A stretch of DNA of 64,000 nt. It comes from Thermodesulfobacteriota bacterium. GTDB taxonomy: Bacteria; Desulfobacterota_D; UBA1144; Nemesobacterales; UBA2774. Below the pieces are notes generated by a model. That model did no database searches, was not told where the DNA came from, and saw nothing but the letters and a program-made list of their open reading frames with translations. Where the stretch lies: the NCBI GenBank assembly GCA_965216785.1, contig OZ244197.1, positions 2,112,001 through 2,176,000 on the forward strand, in the 5' to 3' direction. Below are positions 58,813-64,000 of the stretch, piece by piece (position 1 is the first letter of the stretch; every line of letters begins with the position of its first letter). A program made the translations under genes and the position numbers.

Positions 58813-59463
58813 TTACTGGCCCGGTCTGCAGCGGTATTTGTCGAGCGCTTCTTTTTTCCCGGTCTCAAGGTTGTAGGCAGTCTGTCGTTGGTAGTGTGTT
58901 CTTAGTCCCTGCATAGCCCAGTCGCCTAGCAGGATGCATTGGTTCCCGGCGTTATAGAACTCACGGGGGTGGACGGTCTCAAAATAGGTGAGGGTACCGT
59001 CAGAGAGCACAGGGTCTGTGTAGTTGGTGAAATACTGCAGTTTTCCACTCTTAAGATCGTATATGGAAAGTCCCCTGTAGGTAGGGCCCGTGCCCTGGTC
59101 GATGAACAGGTAGTCAACGTACAGCCCGGCGAAGAAGTTGGCTCCGCCCAATACGTCGTTGTCGTACGTGTAGAGGGGCTCTCGCGCGGCTGTCTTGCAC
59201 AGCCTGCCGTCTTTCTTGTCCGTATGGTAAACGTTAATGTTCTCCCCGGACAGCTGCTTTGTAGGAATCGTATATATTGTATATTCTTTATATCTATATA
59301 CTGTGCCGTTACCGCACTTTTTGACATGGGGCGTGTCAGTGCCGGGTATGAGCGGGATTAGCTGCGCCGCGTCCTCGGGAAGCTCTGGGTCGGCAGAGCG
59401 GGCGGTGAGCGGGATAATGAATAGTAGTGCAATGACTAGGGTTATATGGGTTATCGTGTTCAT
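58813..59463 (-). CDS. Secreted hypothetical protein
   Basis: Signal peptide; paralogue of 56861. Confidence 0.8.
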   Translation of the reverse strand: MNTITHITLVIALLFIIPLTARSADPELPEDAAQLIPLIPGTDTPHVKKCGNGTVYRYKEYTIYTIPTKQLSGENINVYHTDKKDGRLCKTAAREPLYTYDNDVLGGANFFAGLYVDYLFIDQGTGPTYRGLSIYDLKSGKLQYFTNYTDPVLSDGTLTYFETVHPREFYNAGNQCILLGDWAMQGLRTHYQRQTAYNLETGKKEALDKYRCRPGQ

Positions 59464-59551
59464 TTAAAAAAGGATACGTACAGAGGGGGTAGAATCAAGA
59501 ATCATTTAATGTTTGCACATTATCTTTTAACGATACTCAAATATACAACTT

Positions 59552-59830
59552 TTTCTTCTTTTGAGTGATCACACACGAAGTGTGACTTACTAAAAGATTG
59601 CAAAAATCACCGACTGGACACTCACAAAGTGAGTTTTTAGAAATGTACCTAAATAACGGGGCTAATTTCGGACAGCATAACGTTATGTAGAAATCGAATG
59701 TCTGCACGCACAGCGTGTACGCTAAAAGTTAATTATTCTGGCGGAACCTTATAATTCCTCCCCACCCGGTATAAGGTTCTTAACGCCATTCTAATTAACC
59801 TTCTTAACGCTATTTATGTATGTCGGAAAC
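59552..59830. repeat. Modular structured interspersed element, copy D
   Basis: Core plus two inserted modules. Confidence 0.88.
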
Positions 59831-60182
59831 TTAAACACAAAAGAATAAGAAAAAGGATATAGTGCCAGATCAAGTAAGTTCTTGAGTTATAATGTGCCAA
59901 AAGAAACAAATTTACGTGAGTGTTGCTTTTTTAAATAAATCCGACTAATATAATACTAAATAATAGCAAATTTGTATTTGCGGCGGGAATCGGAAGGCGT
60001 GGAACCCTAAATTCGATTAGCCGTTTCGAAGGGGGATGGCGGATGAACAATCATCCCCTTCAGCACTCTGGAGTTACTGCGCATCATATTGGTGTATCCT
60101 GAAAAAGTTTTTCTTAAACGATTGCATCTCAAAACAAGCTCAATATACTTTGAGTATTAAGATTTTTACTAACGGAGGAACT

Positions 60183-60617
60183 ATGTCACGTTATATTGGA
60201 GTATTATTAATCGCGGTAATCGCGCTCTGTGCCTATAACGCGCACGGAGAGGACGGCGTGTTAACGATTAAACCGGGTGTGTATAAGATTACGGGTAAGA
60301 CTACGACGAATCTGGATGAAAAGCCGCAAGTAAAGACTTCGGAGGTTTGCATACCGGTGTCTGAGATTAGACCGGAGACCATGCTGCCCGATAAAGACAC
60401 ATGCACTATTGATAACATTAAGAGCTCGGAGAATAAAGCGAGTTTTGATCTCCAGTGCAAGGGCCCGGACGGGACTTCCTCGCTCAAGGGTAAGGCCGAG
60501 TACAGCACTGCCCAGGATTCTTTTAAATTTAAATTCAACCTTGACGGCGTTACGTCGGGAAAAGAAATAAAAGTTAACTCAGAGGGAAGCGCTAAGCGCA
60601 CGGGCGACTGTCCATAG
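60183..60617 (+). CDS. DUF3617-like secreted protein 1
   Basis: KPG.Y.IT, CI, C.I.N....N..SFD..C, G.R.GDC; GGAGG RBS. Confidence 0.82.
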   Translation: MSRYIGVLLIAVIALCAYNAHGEDGVLTIKPGVYKITGKTTTNLDEKPQVKTSEVCIPVSEIRPETMLPDKDTCTIDNIKSSENKASFDLQCKGPDGTSSLKGKAEYSTAQDSFKFKFNLDGVTSGKEIKVNSEGSAKRTGDCP

Positions 60618-60740
60618 GGGTGTACGCAGAGGAATATTCAAACTTCGATTCAAAAAACAGCCGTCCAAAAAAAGATTGAATACCGCATCTTAACTGAATA
60701 TACTTTCACACTAAAATTACTATTTGGGAGGAGAATACAA

Positions 60741-61184
60741 ATGAAGCGCCAATGGCGAGTGGCATTTGCCGCAAGTGCTCTATTAATCTTAGCAGGGGTT
60801 ATGTTCCACAGCGATTCCTGGGCTCAAAACGAGCCGAAAATCAAGCCCGGTAAATATGAGATTATGACCAAGATGAGGTCGAGTCTGGATAACGCGCTTT
60901 CCAAAAAGACAATTGAGAGGTGCATAGAGGGCAATACTATAAACCCGCAGTCGTTCCTGCCCGATCAAGAAAGATGCAACCTGACAAACCTGAAAAAAGA
61001 AGGGAATAAATCGAGCTTTGATATGAAGTGCACTTCACCGAACGGTATGGATCTTACCGGGCATATGGAATACACCGTGCAAGAGACTTCTTTTTCCTAT
61101 AAGTTTCAGCTGCAGGCCCCACATAACGGCGGCACGTTTGAGGTAAACTCCGAAGGCGACGCGAAACGGATAGGGGATTGTTAG
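60741..61184 (+). CDS. DUF3617-like secreted protein 2
   Basis: Same pattern. Confidence 0.82.
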   Translation: MKRQWRVAFAASALLILAGVMFHSDSWAQNEPKIKPGKYEIMTKMRSSLDNALSKKTIERCIEGNTINPQSFLPDQERCNLTNLKKEGNKSSFDMKCTSPNGMDLTGHMEYTVQETSFSYKFQLQAPHNGGTFEVNSEGDAKRIGDC

Positions 61185-61247
61185 AAATACCATGTTCCCG
61201 GCAATAGTTAAAGCCGGTTTGTAAACAGATATGAGGGGGTTTTAATA

Positions 61248-61694
61248 ATGTCAAATTACCGAAATATTCTAATTGCCGGAGCTATGCTCCTGTGCTTTAT
61301 GTACGGCTCTTCTTGGGCTGAGGAATATAAAAGTATAAAAATCCAGCCTGGAAACTATGAGTTTACGGAAACAAGCTCGTCCACCCAAAACCCTGATGAA
61401 GTGGTCAAAAAGACAGACAACTGCGTGAAGAACGATGAGATCGAACCCGCGAGCAAGATGGCCGAAAGAGATGGGTGTGAGATAAGTAACTATAAGAGCA
61501 AGGACAACGCGCTCAGTTTTGATTTTGTTTGTAAGAATGTAAAAGCGTCTAGCACCACCAGCGGCTCGATCGAGTACGTCGTGTCGGGTGAAGAAATTTC
61601 CTGGAAAAAGGCTATTAAGACAGAGTTTGAGGAAGGCGGGGATTTTTCAGTGAAATCAGCCGGAAAGGCGGTAAGAAAAGGAAACTGCAGCTAA
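61248..61694 (+). CDS. DUF3617-like secreted protein 3
   Basis: Same pattern. Confidence 0.8.
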   Translation: MSNYRNILIAGAMLLCFMYGSSWAEEYKSIKIQPGNYEFTETSSSTQNPDEVVKKTDNCVKNDEIEPASKMAERDGCEISNYKSKDNALSFDFVCKNVKASSTTSGSIEYVVSGEEISWKKAIKTEFEEGGDFSVKSAGKAVRKGNCS

Positions 61695-61713
61695 ATTTTG
61701 CTGCGCTGAAAGG

Positions 61714-62193
61714 ATGGAGAAGCTAAAAATGAGGAATTTAATGCTAATGACCGCGCTGATTGTGCTGTCACAGCTTGCGTTTACGGACGCGCGGGCCCAA
61801 GACGCCAAGCTGCCGATAACCCCTGGAATGTATACGGTCACGAGCAAAACTAGCTCGAACCTGAATCCCGAACCTAAAGTCAAGATTATAGACATATGTA
61901 TTGATGATAACGTCTTAGACCCGAGCGATTATCTCCCGAGCGTCGCGCAGTGCTCACTGGATAATGTGAAAAAAGACGGGAACAAAGCCAATTTCGATAT
62001 TGCTTGCAAGAGTACGAAGCGATCGGAAGACGGCTCTCCGGGAATGCCGGAGATGAATGGCAAGGGAGACTGCAGCACTACTGATTCCGGGCTTTACTGC
62101 CACTTTCAGATGATCCTGCCGCTGCAGGGTAAGGAGTTTACAATAGATTCCGTAAGAGAGGGGAGGCGTATCGGGGAGTGCCCCGAACTCTAG
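61714..62193 (+). CDS. DUF3617-like secreted protein 4
   Basis: Same pattern, extra Cys pair. Confidence 0.8.
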   Translation: MEKLKMRNLMLMTALIVLSQLAFTDARAQDAKLPITPGMYTVTSKTSSNLNPEPKVKIIDICIDDNVLDPSDYLPSVAQCSLDNVKKDGNKANFDIACKSTKRSEDGSPGMPEMNGKGDCSTTDSGLYCHFQMILPLQGKEFTIDSVREGRRIGECPEL

Positions 62194-62298
62194 CAGCTCG
62201 CTTGATTTAAATTTTCCGCGAATACACTGAAATGGCCGCTTATTTTAAGGTGGTGAAGATCAGCCGCTGAGCTTTCTCGCAATAATTACTTCGGATAT

Positions 62299-62330
62299 AA
62301 AAAAGGGAGCGTTTTAAGCTCCCTTTTTTT
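62299..62330. terminator. Bidirectional intrinsic terminator
   Basis: AAAAAAGGGAGC-N7-GCTCCCTTTTTT. Confidence 0.85.
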
Positions 62331-62426
62331 CTTTTGTTTGGTTTTTATTTCAGCTTTTATAAGCTGTTATTTTGGCTCTTCCTCTCTCCCCTCGCCAATG
62401 AGTAGATTGTCAGTATAAAAGACAAT

Positions 62427-62459
62427 CTAGTCTGGTGGAACGTCACCATAATTTTCCAT
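62427..62459 (-). CDS. Candidate micro-ORF MENYGDVPPD (30 codons to 62367 if TAG is read through)
   Basis: AGGAGGT RBS 6 nt upstream; consensus promoter; own terminator. Confidence 0.45.
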   Translation of the reverse strand: MENYGDVPPD

Positions 62460-62493
62460 TTTTATACCTCCTATTCACCTACCACTTATTAAT

Positions 62494-62523
62494 ATTATAG
62501 GGGATTTCGGGCTCGCCTGTCAA
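62494..62523 (-). promoter_or_regulatory. Consensus sigma-70 promoter
   Basis: TTGACA-N18-TATAAT on the minus strand. Confidence 0.8.
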
Positions 62524-62729
62524 TAGGTTTTATGGGCCCCGGATTAAATGCTTTATCGGTGGAAGGTTATGGCGGAATTCTGTCGGTTTTCCGCTGTAAA
62601 TTGCTTGATTTACGGGCTGAAATCATACTTTGAGCACTTTATATGTACAGGCTTTGACATTGATCGCGGAATTATGAGATAATAGGAATTCGATACATAA
62701 CATACTCTAAAACGGTAGGAGGGTAACAG

Positions 62730-63839
62730 ATGAAAACGATAGCCGCAATCGCGTGGGAGCCGGAGAAAGATCTTGTCATAGATGAAGTGGAACTGGAGGG
62801 TCCTAAAGAGGGCGAAGTGTTATGCCGTATGCACGCAACGGGCGTATGCCATACGGACGCTTATACGCTCTCGGGCATCGACCCGGAAGGAGTATTCCCC
62901 GTGATACTGGGCCATGAGGGGGGAGCTGTTGTAGAGGATGTTGGACCCGGGGTAACCACAATAAAGCCCGGGGACCACGTAGTGCCGCTCTACATTCCCG
63001 AGTGCAGGCAGTGTAAGTACTGTCTTTCGGGAAAAACGAACCTGTGTCAGGCAGTGAGGGACACCCAGGGCAGAGGGCTTATGCCCGACGGTACGACCAG
63101 GTTTTCAAAGGACGGCAAGACTATATATAACTACATGGGTACTTCGACATTCTCAGAGTACTCGGTAATACCCGAAATCTCGCTCGCCGTGGTGAGTAAA
63201 GAGGCGCCGCTGGATAAGGTGTGTCTTTTGGGCTGCGGGATTACTACAGGCATAGGCGCTGTGCTTAACACCGCGAAGGTAAAGCCGGGCTCTACAGTCG
63301 CTGTATTTGGACTCGGCTGCATAGGGCTTTCGGTGATTCAGGGCGCGGTGATGGCCAAGGCGGAGAGGATAATAGCCGTTGACGTGAACGAGGATAAATT
63401 TGAGATCGCGGGCCAGCTGGGCGCGACCGACTTCGTGAACCCAGCGTCATCGTCAGAGCCCGTGCAGAACGTAATCGTAGAGATGACGGACGGAGGGGTG
63501 GATTACTCCTTTGAGTGTGTGGGCGAGGTGGACGTTATGCGCTCCGCCCTTGAGTGCTGTCACAAGGGATGGGGCGAGTCGACGATCATAGGGGTTGCCG
63601 GGGCCGGAAAGGAGATTTCTACGCGTCCTTTTCAGCTCGTTACGGGCAGAGTGTGGAGAGGCACAGCGTTCGGAGGCGTAAAGGGGCGCTCCGAGCTTTC
63701 GGGAATTGTGGACGAGTACATGGACGGGAAGATAATGATCGATGAGCTCGTGAGCTATGAGCTTCCCTTAGAGAAGATAAACGAGGCTTTTCACTTGATG
63801 CACGAGGGAAAGAGCATAAGGAGCGTTATACGTTATTAA
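62730..63839 (+). CDS. frmA: S-(hydroxymethyl)glutathione dehydrogenase / class III ADH
   Basis: [35 protein letters not shown]. Confidence 0.96.
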   Translation: MKTIAAIAWEPEKDLVIDEVELEGPKEGEVLCRMHATGVCHTDAYTLSGIDPEGVFPVILGHEGGAVVEDVGPGVTTIKPGDHVVPLYIPECRQCKYCLSGKTNLCQAVRDTQGRGLMPDGTTRFSKDGKTIYNYMGTSTFSEYSVIPEISLAVVSKEAPLDKVCLLGCGITTGIGAVLNTAKVKPGSTVAVFGLGCIGLSVIQGAVMAKAERIIAVDVNEDKFEIAGQLGATDFVNPASSSEPVQNVIVEMTDGGVDYSFECVGEVDVMRSALECCHKGWGESTIIGVAGAGKEISTRPFQLVTGRVWRGTAFGGVKGRSELSGIVDEYMDGKIMIDELVSYELPLEKINEAFHLMHEGKSIRSVIRY

Positions 63840-63848
63840 ATTGATGAC

Positions 63849-64000
63849 ATGTATTTGATTGAGCTTATAAAGTCGCATAAATCCTTCGGGGGCAGAGTGG
63901 ATTATTTCTCGCACCCCTCAAAGGCCACGGGGACCGACATGAAGTTCTCGGTGTTCAGGCCTGTTGTAGAGAAGCATAATGACGTGCCGGTGATGTTCTG
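63849..64000 (+). CDS. fghA: S-formylglutathione hydrolase (3' part outside window)
   Basis: MYLIELIKSHKSFGG...H.S...TDMKFSVF.P....VPV; follows frmA. Confidence 0.8.
   Translation, partial: MYLIELIKSHKSFGGRVDYFSHPSKATGTDMKFSVFRPVVEKHNDVPVMF

Noticed and set aside
59980-60075. c-di-GMP or c-di-AMP riboswitch
   Set aside because: Hallmark motifs not found by eye; kept only as unexplained hairpins

Overview
Bacterial chromosomal window, mostly accessory genes, with no rRNA, tRNA, CRISPR array, transposase or integrase recognised. Eight IPTL-CTERM surface proteins and the gene style suggest a Candidatus Dadabacteria-like organism (inference). Recognisable blocks: an Anbu-type operon (circularly permuted ATP-grasp, alpha-E, proteasome-type protease, transglutaminase) at the left end; transporters and hydrolases; secreted proteins with eukaryote-like domains (WSC, thaumatin, Kazal, C-type lectin, YWTD-like propeller, LamG); a MarR/rhodanese/DoxX unit; tandem paralogue arrays (SnoaL x3, DUF3617-like x4); and frmA-fghA at the right end. 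Most unusual: (1) a phage-like cI/cro switch plus a DnaD-like initiator with internal iterons, lacking integrase and virion genes, punctuated by a covarying, sense-oriented GA/GAU hairpin repeat; (2) twin candidate sRNAs sharing an anti-Shine-Dalgarno 3' module; (3) a modular 160-390 bp structured repeat in four copies; (4) a GTTGCA-N2-TGCAAC box linking the MarR locus to three small secreted paralogues; (5) a stand-alone 10-codon ORF with a consensus promoter. All family assignments come from motif recognition by eye, not database searches.
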